Positions 1 through 7,784 of a stretch of DNA of 64,000 nucleotides are shown here, in pieces. This DNA is from a virus. Under the pieces are notes generated by a model, which worked only from the letters and a program-made list of their open reading frames with translations, made no database searches and was not told where the DNA came from. Made by a program: the position numbers and the translations under genes. The stretch lies in IMG/VR virus record IMGVR_UViG_3300029258_004419; one strand, given 5' to 3'. The first letter of the stretch is position 1. Each line of letters opens with the position of its first letter.

Positions 1-309
1 GAGAGACAAAAGAAGAAGAAGCGTCGTCGGAAGAAGAGACGAAAGAGGTCGGAGGAGATCGGATCCCGTGGGTATTCTTTGCCTCTTACGACGCCTCCGG
101 AGTGGTTTGAGGGGACTCATGTCAGGGGAGAGTACAGTGGGCCACGCCTCGACTTTGAGGCTATCTCTCCTTTCAGGTTCCTTGACGATCGACCTCGGTA
201 TCCACAGCTTCCTCCTGACGAGCCTGTCCGGTTTCTGGAGATGGAGATCACCGGGAGGCACGTCCTGATGGATCTAGAAGAGCAAATGGACTCCATTTGG
301 AGTGGCTGA
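1..309 (+). CDS. hypothetical protein, 5' end outside window
   Basis: Frame 1 is open from nt 1 to the stop at 307-309. The visible start is a K/R run (KKKKRRRKKRRKR). Track ORF 79..309 is only its TTG-initiated tail. Confidence 0.45.
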   Translation, partial: ERQKKKKRRRKKRRKRSEEIGSRGYSLPLTTPPEWFEGTHVRGEYSGPRLDFEAISPFRFLDDRPRYPQLPPDEPVRFLEMEITGRHVLMDLEEQMDSIWSG

Positions 310-340
310 CCTAGAAAACCCGAAAATCCAGTCAGCTTCC

Positions 341-361
341 TGGGATAAGAAAGATGAAGCG
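341..361 (+). promoter_or_regulatory. promoter-like box, degenerate copy (TGGGATAAGAAAGATGAAGCG)
   Basis: Shares the GATAAG-N4-ATGAAGC core with the boxes at 878 and 2974. Followed by hairpin AGCGAA/TTCGCT. Lies upstream of CDS 457..765. Confidence 0.35.
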
Positions 362-456
362 AAAGGTTCGCTGAAAAATCTTGCCTTGCAAGGTCGACGG
401 CTGTGGGACAGGCCCGCGGTCGTCGAAACAACCAACCCTCGAGGAGGTGCGAGACC

Positions 457-765
457 ATGGCAGCGAAGAAGAAGGACGAGAAGGCCCAGAAAGACGGACC
501 GGGCATCGGCGAGCGGTTCATGCGCGGCAGCCTGCTGTCGCCGTTCGACGGCGTCGTGGGCGGCGCGGTCACCGGCGTGGCGCTGGCGGTCGGGCGTCGG
601 GTCGCGGAGGAGACCTTCATCAACAAGCCCGTGACCGCGACCCTCGTGACCACCGGCGTGGCGCTCGTCACGACCACCGGCCTGCGCCGCGGCGTCGGCT
701 GGATCGTGCGCAACCACCGCGAGAAGAAGGCCGAGCGCGAGGCCACCGAGGCCGCCGCCAGCTAG
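457..765 (+). CDS. small membrane protein
   Basis: ATG 457 lies 9 nt after GAGGAGG (441-447). G/A/V-rich hydrophobic core flanked by K/E-rich ends. Track ORF 403..765 trimmed. Confidence 0.65.
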   Translation: MAAKKKDEKAQKDGPGIGERFMRGSLLSPFDGVVGGAVTGVALAVGRRVAEETFINKPVTATLVTTGVALVTTTGLRRGVGWIVRNHREKKAEREATEAAAS

Positions 766-823
766 CGGATCCACACCGCGAGCAACCAGTCGCCCCCGTC
801 CGGGGGTGGACGCGATTCCCAAC

Positions 824-854
824 GAGAGCGCAGAGACCACCAGGGTCTCTCGCT
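824..854 (+). terminator. stem-loop after CDS 457..765 (no clear T-tract)
   Basis: AGCGCAGAGACC / GGTCTCTCGCT forms an ~11-bp stem with one bulge. It sits between a stop codon and the next promoter-like box. Confidence 0.3.
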
Positions 855-877
855 TACGTGTGAGAAGACGGACTCTC

Positions 878-899
878 CCGGTATAAGTAGGATGAAGCG
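878..899 (+). promoter_or_regulatory. promoter-like box CCGGTATAAGTAGGATGAAGCG
   Basis: One of at least 8 intergenic copies of SGSTATAAG-N4-5-WTGAW. 37 nt upstream of ATG 936. Followed by a 7-bp hairpin. Confidence 0.5.
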
Positions 900-935
900 A
901 GGCAGGCTCGTTTCACCTTAACAGGGAGGAAGAAG

Positions 936-1253
936 ATGGAGACCGAGACCATCACCGGCTTCGCCGAGCGCATCGCCGACTACATCCCAGGACGTCCGTG
1001 GAAGCTCCCTCTTCGAGTCGGCAAGGAGCACGTCGAGGGCAAGATCGTCATGGTCCGGAAGAACCTCGTGCTGCGCCAGGTCTTCGACGAGTTCACTGAC
1101 TCCGGCGCGGATCCGGAGTCGGAGCTGTTCCTCTGGTGCGAGACGGATCCCCTCGAGGGACTGCGCACGAAGATCGAGACGCGCATTCTCTTCCACGACC
1201 TCAAGCGCTTCGGCGTCGACCTCGAGTTGCCGAGCGGAAAGGAGCCCACCTGA
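936..1253 (+). CDS. hypothetical protein
   Basis: ATG 936 follows GGGAGGAAG. 105 aa with normal composition. The stop overlaps the next start (TGATG). Confidence 0.7.
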   Translation: METETITGFAERIADYIPGRPWKLPLRVGKEHVEGKIVMVRKNLVLRQVFDEFTDSGADPESELFLWCETDPLEGLRTKIETRILFHDLKRFGVDLELPSGKEPT

Positions 1254-2245
1254 TGCTTCACGAAGACATGCCCCCTTGCCTGTGCGGAGCTCACGCCTGG
1301 TCCGGAGGCGGAGGAATGATGAGCTCGGATCTGTGTTCGTCACACTTCTCCTGCAGCAGCTGCGGCAAGCCTGCGATCTACCTGGCTGCCAACTACTGCT
1401 CCGCCGTCTTCCAGCCGTCTGGGACTCGCAACGAGTTCGACGAGCAGGACGACAAGTTCATCAACGGAGTCGTCCTCCGGATGTGGCGCATCCGCGGAGA
1501 GCGCATCGACGATCTCTGCACCGAGATCCGAAGGGCCGGCGCCGCACGGATCATGAAGGAGCTCGGTCACGCCGAAGGAACGACCTGGCGCGACCTCGAC
1601 AAGAAGCAGCTCGAGACGTTCCGGGAGGTGCTGCGCGCCCAGGAGAAGAGCCTCGCCCCGGACGTCAACGACAAGAAGATCCTCGAGTCCGTGCTCGAGG
1701 CGAACCCCGACCTCAAGCCGGAGCCGATGCTCCCGGGACTCGACGGCCGGCTCGTCGTGCGCACCGGCAACAAGAGCGACGGTTGGGTCGTGATGGACGC
1801 CAGTGTCTGCCGCGAGGCCGAGCTGCCGCAGGACCCCATCCGCGTCCGCCACGACAAGTACTTCGATCGCGTGTTCGCCGCCATCGAGGAGATCGTCGGC
1901 CACCCCGTCGAGCGCGAGGAGATCCCGAACCAGTACTACTCGGACCAGAACAACAACGAGCCCTGGTTCGAGTGCAGAGACATCCTCCCCCTCTTCCGTC
2001 TCACCATCGGTCCGCGGAAGCGCGTCATCAACATCAAGGTCGAGTGCCACAACCTCTTCTGTGTGGAGCGCATCCGGGACCTAGCCGCGGCCGACAACGT
2101 GACCTACGAGAACGAGGGCGTCTGGAAGGGGGACCGTGCGCTGTCCACCTGCATCGTCGTCCACGCCTGGACGCAGGCCAAGACCATCGAGTACCTGCGC
2201 GCGATCTTCGAGCCCATCCTCGAACGGATGGACAGACCGGAGTAG
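1253..2245 (+). CDS. hypothetical protein with Cys-rich N-terminus
   Basis: Track ORF 1136..2245 trimmed to ATG 1253, which is coupled to the upstream stop. 330 aa, GC3-rich. No family recognised. Confidence 0.7.
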   Translation: MLHEDMPPCLCGAHAWSGGGGMMSSDLCSSHFSCSSCGKPAIYLAANYCSAVFQPSGTRNEFDEQDDKFINGVVLRMWRIRGERIDDLCTEIRRAGAARIMKELGHAEGTTWRDLDKKQLETFREVLRAQEKSLAPDVNDKKILESVLEANPDLKPEPMLPGLDGRLVVRTGNKSDGWVVMDASVCREAELPQDPIRVRHDKYFDRVFAAIEEIVGHPVEREEIPNQYYSDQNNNEPWFECRDILPLFRLTIGPRKRVINIKVECHNLFCVERIRDLAAADNVTYENEGVWKGDRALSTCIVVHAWTQAKTIEYLRAIFEPILERMDRPE

Positions 2246-2280
2246 ACCAGGTACCCTAGGACACAGCTCTCTGACAGCTT

Positions 2281-2656
<376 letters not shown>

Positions 2657-2662
2657 GTTCTC

Positions 2663-2761
2663 GAACAGGGTTGCCGAGACAGGCCAAAGGCGCCCACGAT
2701 GGTGCTCAGCAAAGCCGGACTGCGCTGAGCTTCGCGGGTTCAAATCCCGCCCCCTGTTCCA
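2663..2761 (+). tRNA. tRNA-like element (non-canonical; possible pseudo-tRNA or class II-derived)
   Basis: Perfect 7-8 bp acceptor pairing (GAACAGGG / CCCTGTTC). Tyr-type D-arm TTGCCGAGACAGGCCAAAGGC. Canonical T-arm GCGGG-TTCAAAT-CCCGC. The middle holds only an 11-nt linker plus a 7-bp hairpin with a 13-nt loop. I could not fold a 7-nt anticodon loop. Confidence 0.4.
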
Positions 2762-2767
2762 GTTCTA

Positions 2768-2852
2768 TGGCCGCCTGCAGGGGATTGGGACCACAGCTCC
2801 CTTAGTGCTTTCCCCCCCTCCTGCAGCGAGATCGTGCTCCTGCAGGCGGCCA
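2768..2852 (+). other. long hairpin (13-14 bp perfect inverted repeat), possible small structured RNA
   Basis: GGCCGCCTGCAGG (2769-2781) pairs with CCTGCAGGCGGCC (2839-2851). The loop contains complementary G-rich and C-rich runs. It lies between the tRNA-like element and the terminator. Confidence 0.25.
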
Positions 2853-2902
2853 CCCATTCAAGAACAAGCCGCGAGTGGCGTAGCGCGGTTGTTCGCAGCT
2901 GG

Positions 2903-2938
2903 CCGGGCGCTTCCTTCGGGAGGTGTCCGGTCTTTTTT
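2903..2938 (+). terminator. rho-independent terminator
   Basis: 12-bp stem CCGGGCGCTTCC/GGAGGTGTCCGG (three G:U pairs), TTCG tetraloop, then TCTTTTTT. Confidence 0.7.
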
Positions 2939-2973
2939 ATTGCTCAGTGCCCTCCAGCAAACCGGCAACTCAT

Positions 2974-2994
2974 CCGGTATAAGTTTAATGAAGC
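2974..2994 (+). promoter_or_regulatory. promoter-like box CCGGTATAAGTTTAATGAAGC
   Basis: Same box as at 878. It lies after the terminator and 34 nt upstream of GTG 3028. Followed by a GCCCC/GGGGC hairpin. Confidence 0.5.
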
Positions 2995-3027
2995 CCCATA
3001 TTTACGACGGGGCATAGGAGGTGTTCT

Positions 3028-3807
3028 GTGGCAACTGCGAAGAAGACAGCGACGAAGAAGGCGCCGGCCAAGAAGAAGCCCGCGGCGAAGAAAGGAGGCG
3101 GGCTCGTGTCCGTCTCGTTCCCGCCGGTGAGGACGGAGCGCATCCGCGTCAGGGTGCGCAACCGGCCCGGGTCTCCGCTCGTCCCGCACAAGTGGGCCGA
3201 GAAGGGCAAGCTGGAGATCCTGGCCAAGCAGCTCCAGATCCCCAAGCAGAAGAAGGGCCCCCGCAACCCGCACAAGGAGTGCGTCGACTCGGCGTACTGG
3301 ATCAAGGGCAAGCCCTCCGAGGTCGATCCCCTGGTCATCCCGCAGCTCGCCGAGGGCGAGACCCTCGACTACAACAAGCTGCTCGAGCTCACGGACAAGC
3401 TGAAGAAGGCATTCGCCAAGGGGACCTTCGGCATCCCGTCCGTGGCGTTCGCCAAGGCGATGGTGTCGGCCGTCCGGCACATCGACGGTCCGACGATGGC
3501 GGCGACCCGCGGCATGTTCTTCGTGGTCGGCGACGCTGCGGACGGTGACCTGGTCACCATCCAGAGCAAGAACCCGCCGACGATGCGCGAGGACAACGTC
3601 ACCATCGGCATGGGCAAGTCCGACCTCCGCTTCCGGTGCGAGTTCGCCGAGTGGGAGGCGGACGTCACCATCGAGTACGACCCCTCCCTCATCAAGCCCA
3701 ACCAGCTGACCCACCTGCTCGACCGCGCGGGCTTCGGTGTCGGTGTCCTCGAGAACCGCCCGGAGAAGGGCGGCCAGTGGGGACGCTTCATGGTGGTGAA
3801 GCGATGA
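3028..3807 (+). CDS. hypothetical protein with histone-H1-like Lys/Ala-rich N-terminal tail
   Basis: GTG 3028 lies 7 nt after AGGAGG. The N-terminus is MATAKKTATKKAPAKKKPAAKKGGG, followed by a ~230-aa globular part. No family recognised. Confidence 0.75.
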   Translation: MATAKKTATKKAPAKKKPAAKKGGGLVSVSFPPVRTERIRVRVRNRPGSPLVPHKWAEKGKLEILAKQLQIPKQKKGPRNPHKECVDSAYWIKGKPSEVDPLVIPQLAEGETLDYNKLLELTDKLKKAFAKGTFGIPSVAFAKAMVSAVRHIDGPTMAATRGMFFVVGDAADGDLVTIQSKNPPTMREDNVTIGMGKSDLRFRCEFAEWEADVTIEYDPSLIKPNQLTHLLDRAGFGVGVLENRPEKGGQWGRFMVVKR

Positions 3808-4313
3808 TCTTCTCGTGGAAGAAGATGGCGCGCGGGCTGCTGGCCCACGACGCCCAGGCCATCGGCGATCAGATCCTCGAGCTCTACGAGGAGCACGGCG
3901 ACGCGGGCGCCGACGTTCTGGTCACCGCGGCCCGACGGGCGAAGCGCAGTCCGCTCGGGCAGGCCATCTTCGACCGCACCGTGGAGGAGGCCGCCGAGGC
4001 CCACTGGCGCAGCCAGGCTGGGTACGTCCTGCGGTCCATCCTCTACCTGCCCGAGACCGACGATGAGGAGCAGCACCCCATCCGCGCGTTCCTCACCCTC
4101 GACGTCGAGTTCGAGGAGGCCGACCCCTCCGAACCCGACACGATGGACGTCACCATCGAGCGCGTGACCGCGCCGACCAAGGTGGTGATGAGCAACGCGG
4201 AGATGCGAGATGCTGCTCTTCGCACGGCGAAGCGTGAGCTCAAGGCGTTCCGAGAGAAGTACCGGGACCTGAAGCAGCTCGCCGGCGTCTTCGCCGAGAT
4301 CGACGCGCTCTAG
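3804..4313 (+). CDS. hypothetical protein
   Basis: Track ORF 3636..4313 trimmed to ATG 3804 (ATGA overlap with the upstream stop). 169 aa, helical and acidic. Confidence 0.7.
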   Translation: MIFSWKKMARGLLAHDAQAIGDQILELYEEHGDAGADVLVTAARRAKRSPLGQAIFDRTVEEAAEAHWRSQAGYVLRSILYLPETDDEEQHPIRAFLTLDVEFEEADPSEPDTMDVTIERVTAPTKVVMSNAEMRDAALRTAKRELKAFREKYRDLKQLAGVFAEIDAL

Positions 4314-4350
4314 TCCAATCCGAGACAGAAGACGTGGTGCGGATTGGTGG

Positions 4351-6170
4351 GGCCGTCATGGTACTTCGCGCAGTGGCGGGGTGAGGTTTCCCAAGGTCAG
4401 GCGCGCTATGGTTAGGCCGTCATGTCAGGCATCGACTATCATGGTGCGCCGGGGTATGGCTCGGCCAGGCCGTCTTGGTAGAACTTGTAATGTTGAGTTG
4501 AGGTGCTGCGGGGGGCGTGGCCGTCGAGGCGAGTCGCGTCCAGGAATCGGATGTCTAGGTTCTGTTTGGCCGGGCCGTCTTGGAGAGTTCCGGTTGCTCC
4601 TGTTATGGAGGGTACGGCAGGTCGGGGCCGTCGAGGTCAGGCATAGTGAGCCATGTCAGGTCTGGGATGGTGCGGCCGTCGTGGCTGCGTGAGGCGGCTT
4701 CGGAATGCGGTACGGAATGGTGGGCTTGGTCTTGGCCGTCAAGGCAAGCTACCGTTCGGCAAGACAGGTCGCTGGCGCTGCTCGTTGATGGTGCGGCCGT
4801 CGTGTTGAGAAGTGGAGAGGTACGGTCCGAAGAGGCAGGACGCGTTAAGGCTCGCCCGTCAAGGCAAGACGAGTCGCGTCCAGGACCGGTCGGCATGGTC
4901 AGCTTTGTCGAGGCCGTCAAGGAATGGTACGACTTGTGTGCATTGGTGCGGAGAGGTCTGGCCGTCTAGGTTGGACGAGTTTCCGCGAGTCGTGCTGTTG
5001 GTTGCACCTGGTGCTGTGAGGCCGTCGAGGTTAGGTCTACTACGGTGGGCCGAGTCTGGGTTAGGTATTGCGCGACTTGGCCGTTGCGGTTAGGTCAACA
5101 TCGGTGGGACGAGTCCCGTTTAGGATGGCGCTGTCTTGGCCGTCAGGGTTGGGCTAGCTATCCTTAGTTGGGCTGCGGCACGTCCCGGCCGTCCCGTTAC
5201 GGTCTGCCGACGTGAGTCCTGGAATGGATGGCATCGACTTGGCAGGGCCGTCTAGGTGGAGCACGGTCGGCATCCCGGGTTCTTGTTCTGGCTGTCATGG
5301 AAGGCGCGACCTTGGAAGTCTAGGCTTCCGCGAGGCGAGCCTGTCGTGACAAGTCCTGTTCGGGCAACACTAGTTCGGGCGAATCAGGTCAGCGGTATCG
5401 CTGGGCCGCCAAGGTTGGGTGAGTCGTGACCCGTCAACGTGCGCCTCGGCCGTCCAGGTAGGGATGGGTCTATCGCGGCATGTTGCGGTGGTACACGACT
5501 CGGCCGTCTAGGTTAGGTCCCCTGGTTACGGTGCGCCGCGGGCATGTCCAGGCCGCGCGGGGTATCGGTACGGCCGCTTCGGAAGGGAGTGATGAGTGGA
5601 GTGGCCGTTTTGGTTCGATGAGGAATGGCGTGGGGAACTTGGCAGGGCCGTCTCGGCCAGGTCTCCCGGGCCGTGACGAGGCGCTGGATTGGTAGGGCCG
5701 GACTCGGCCGCCAAGGCCTGCTGGAGCAACCGCGGAACGAGGTTGTTCTGGGTCTCCTGTGGCCGTCGAGGCTACGTGAGGAGTGCAGAGGGCCGAGTGG
5801 CTGGGCCTGCTCTGGCCGTCGAGGTAGGCGGGGCTAGTCAACACGCGAGTTGGCTGCGTCTTGGTCTGCTGTGGCCGTCGAGTCGAGTTGGAACGAGGGA
5901 TGTCGAGGCAAGGCCGGTCATCGGTCTGCTCGCGCCGTCGTCTGGCCGTCTTGGACGGTCATCGTCTGCCGTGGTCCGGGCGAGGAAGCCTAGTCCGGGC
6001 CGTCGGGTCGGGCCAAGCCGGCGTCCGTCGAGTGCGTGGTACGCTGTCCGTGTGGCCGTCGCGGCAAAGCTGGGCTCTGCTGGTCGTAGCAGCTCCTGGT
6101 GAGGTCGTCAGGGCCGGGCAGCGGACCAACTGGTGCTGTGGAGGGACGGGATAGCCAAGAGGCGTCCGTC
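4351..6170 (+). repeat. unidirectional array of ~34 degenerate units with core GGCCGTC-N-W-GG; non-coding
   Basis: 24 exact GGCCGTC copies by manual count (4351, 4415, 4468, 4519, 4573, 4626, 4674, 4734, 4795, 4912, 4960, 5020, 5138, 5187, 5246, 5448, 5502, 5646, 5761, 5814, 5873, 5944, 5998, 6054). About 10 further copies have one mismatch. All share one orientation, mostly 44-64 bp apart. The top strand is strongly G+T-rich. No ORF with an RBS or plausible composition. Confidence 0.85.
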
Positions 6171-6220
6171 GCGGCGAAGGGTGTTGGGGTCTGGCCCCTC
6201 ACTCCTGAGCCAGAAGGGCG

Positions 6221-6262
6221 GGGAGCGGCTCGAAGCCGTGACCCCGTCCCTCCACCTTTTTC
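6221..6262 (+). terminator. hairpin plus T-run at the end of the repeat array (terminator-like)
   Basis: GGGAGCGGCTCGAAGCCGTGACCCCGTCCC contains a CGGCT/AGCCG stem with GGGA/TCCC flanks, followed by CCACCTTTTTC. Confidence 0.35.
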
Positions 6263-6278
6263 TCAAGAGGAGGTCGAG

Positions 6279-6524
6279 ATGGAGACGCTGACCGAGGAAG
6301 CTGTCAACCGGCTGCCGTGGAGGACCTGGGCGAACCGAGGTGACGAGCGCGTCGACGCTCCTCCGTGCAACCGCGGCTGCGACCCGAGCCCCGACGCCAT
6401 CGGCGGATACTACGGCATGTCCTGGACCGAGGTGTTCAAGGACCAGCAGAGCGGGGAGCTCTACCGGGTCGAGTGCTCGGACGGTGTCAACGGCGGGAAG
6501 GGCGCCTACGAGGATGAGGAATAA
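6279..6524 (+). CDS. hypothetical protein
   Basis: Track ORF 6099..6524 trimmed to ATG 6279, 6 nt after AGAGGAGG. The upstream part lies in the repeat array. 81 aa. Confidence 0.65.
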   Translation: METLTEEAVNRLPWRTWANRGDERVDAPPCNRGCDPSPDAIGGYYGMSWTEVFKDQQSGELYRVECSDGVNGGKGAYEDEE

Positions 6525-6744
6525 TGTCCCCTCACGGTGAACTTTCCGATCGGCCAGGCTGGAGTAGCTGAGGAGGTGCGAGATGGGTTGAGGGGGATGG
6601 TACTGGCCGATACCAGTCCCTCTCTTTTACCCTGGAGTCGCCTCGTCCGCTGTGCTATCCTCCTGACCGACCCCCGGGACAGGCCCGGGGCACCATACTG
6701 CGTCGGTCCGAGCAACACGACTCGCACCGACCCGGGAGAAAGCC

Positions 6745-7545
6745 ATGATGAAAGTATCCACCCCTCTCTTCCAACTCAAGGTCCTGGTCAACGGGCAGCC
6801 CATTCAGGAGTACCGCAAGGACTCCCGCACCTACGTCGAGGGACGAGCCGGCTCGAGGTTCGAGCTCGAGCTGACCAACCTCACCGGCGCCCGCATCCTG
6901 GTCCACCCGAACATCGACGGCATCTCCGCGATGACCGGCAAGGACGCCAGCCGGCGGGACCACAGCGCAGGGTACGTCCTCGGACCCCACGAGCGGGCGG
7001 TGATCCCCGGCTGGAGGCTGAACGACCGGGACGTGGCCGAGTTCTTCTTCGCCGGCGCGGGCAAGTCCTACGCCGAGGGCACCGGCCGAGGGAAGAAGAA
7101 CCGCGGAGTCATCGCCTGCACCGTCTGGCAGGAGAAGGTCTACCCCGTCCTGCGGACGTGCTTCCACCACGCGGTCGATGTCGAGCCCTCTCCGTGGGAG
7201 ACCATCTCCTGCAACGCCGGCGCGGCCTACTCCTCGGAGTGCTGCGACAGGAGCCCGACGAAGAGCGCCACCATCGGCTCTCCCCTCCGGTCCTCCAGGC
7301 GCCGCAAGGCCCAGCAGAACCTCGGAGCCGGCTTCGGGGACCGCGTGGACCACCAGGTGAGGGGCACGACCTTCGAGGTGGCCACCGAGCAACCCGCCGC
7401 GGCCGCGATCATCTACTACGACGACCTGGATGGCCTCCGCTCCAAGGGCCTGCGCATCAGCAGCCGGCGCCGACACCACGAGCACACCCCTGATCCGTTC
7501 CCCCAGGACACCGGCTGCCCGCCGCCCAGGGGCTGGGCCCGGTAG
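6745..7545 (+). CDS. hypothetical protein
   Basis: ATG 6745 follows GGGAGAAAG. 266 aa with a beta-rich N-terminal half (FELELTNLTGARILVHPNIDG). Preceded by a 220-nt hairpin-rich leader. Confidence 0.7.
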   Translation: MMKVSTPLFQLKVLVNGQPIQEYRKDSRTYVEGRAGSRFELELTNLTGARILVHPNIDGISAMTGKDASRRDHSAGYVLGPHERAVIPGWRLNDRDVAEFFFAGAGKSYAEGTGRGKKNRGVIACTVWQEKVYPVLRTCFHHAVDVEPSPWETISCNAGAAYSSECCDRSPTKSATIGSPLRSSRRRKAQQNLGAGFGDRVDHQVRGTTFEVATEQPAAAAIIYYDDLDGLRSKGLRISSRRRHHEHTPDPFPQDTGCPPPRGWAR

Positions 7546-7734
7546 ACGGCCCGAGTTCCGCCCGCAGGCCCGTCCCAAACGGCTCATAAATGGCTCAAAC
7601 GACCCACGCACGTCCTCCAGGGCTGCCGATCTCCGCCTGACAGGCACTCCCGCACCCCCAGACTGCTCCACGGCGCTCTCACGGCCTCGAGCACAACCAG
7701 ATCCAACAAGATTGTTGTTCAAAAGAGGTGAGCT

Positions 7735-7763
7735 TTGACGTGGCCGCTTAAAACGAGTAGGAT
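7735..7763 (+). promoter_or_regulatory. sigma70-like promoter TTGACG-17 nt-TAGGAT
   Basis: -35 at 7735-7740, 17-nt spacer, -10 at 7758-7763. It lies 22 nt upstream of ATG 7785, whose RBS is AGGAGGAG. Confidence 0.45.
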
Positions 7764-7784
7764 TTCTCCCACAGGAGGAGCAAC

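Noticed and set aside
2664-2761. Calling the tRNA-like element a specific tRNA (Tyr, Ser, Leu or Sec)
   Set aside because: The D-arm resembles tRNA-Tyr, and the 8-bp acceptor could suggest a Sec-type structure. I found no anticodon stem-loop with a 7-nt loop and U33, and no UCA anticodon in a loop context. No isotype can be assigned without a covariance model.
4381-6154. Long plus-strand ORFs inside the array (4381..4692, 4580..4969, 4812..5093, 5689..6102, 5861..6154) and their minus-strand counterparts
   Set aside because: Their products are W/G/R/S/V-rich low-complexity sequence. They have no RBS and overlap each other in different frames. They stay open only because the region is poor in A, and therefore poor in stop codons.
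4351-6170. CRISPR array interpretation of the GGCCGTC repeat region
   Set aside because: The conserved box is only 7-18 nt and degenerate. The period is variable (about 44-64 bp). The 'spacers' all share the same G+T-rich composition and recurring words. No cas genes or leader are visible.
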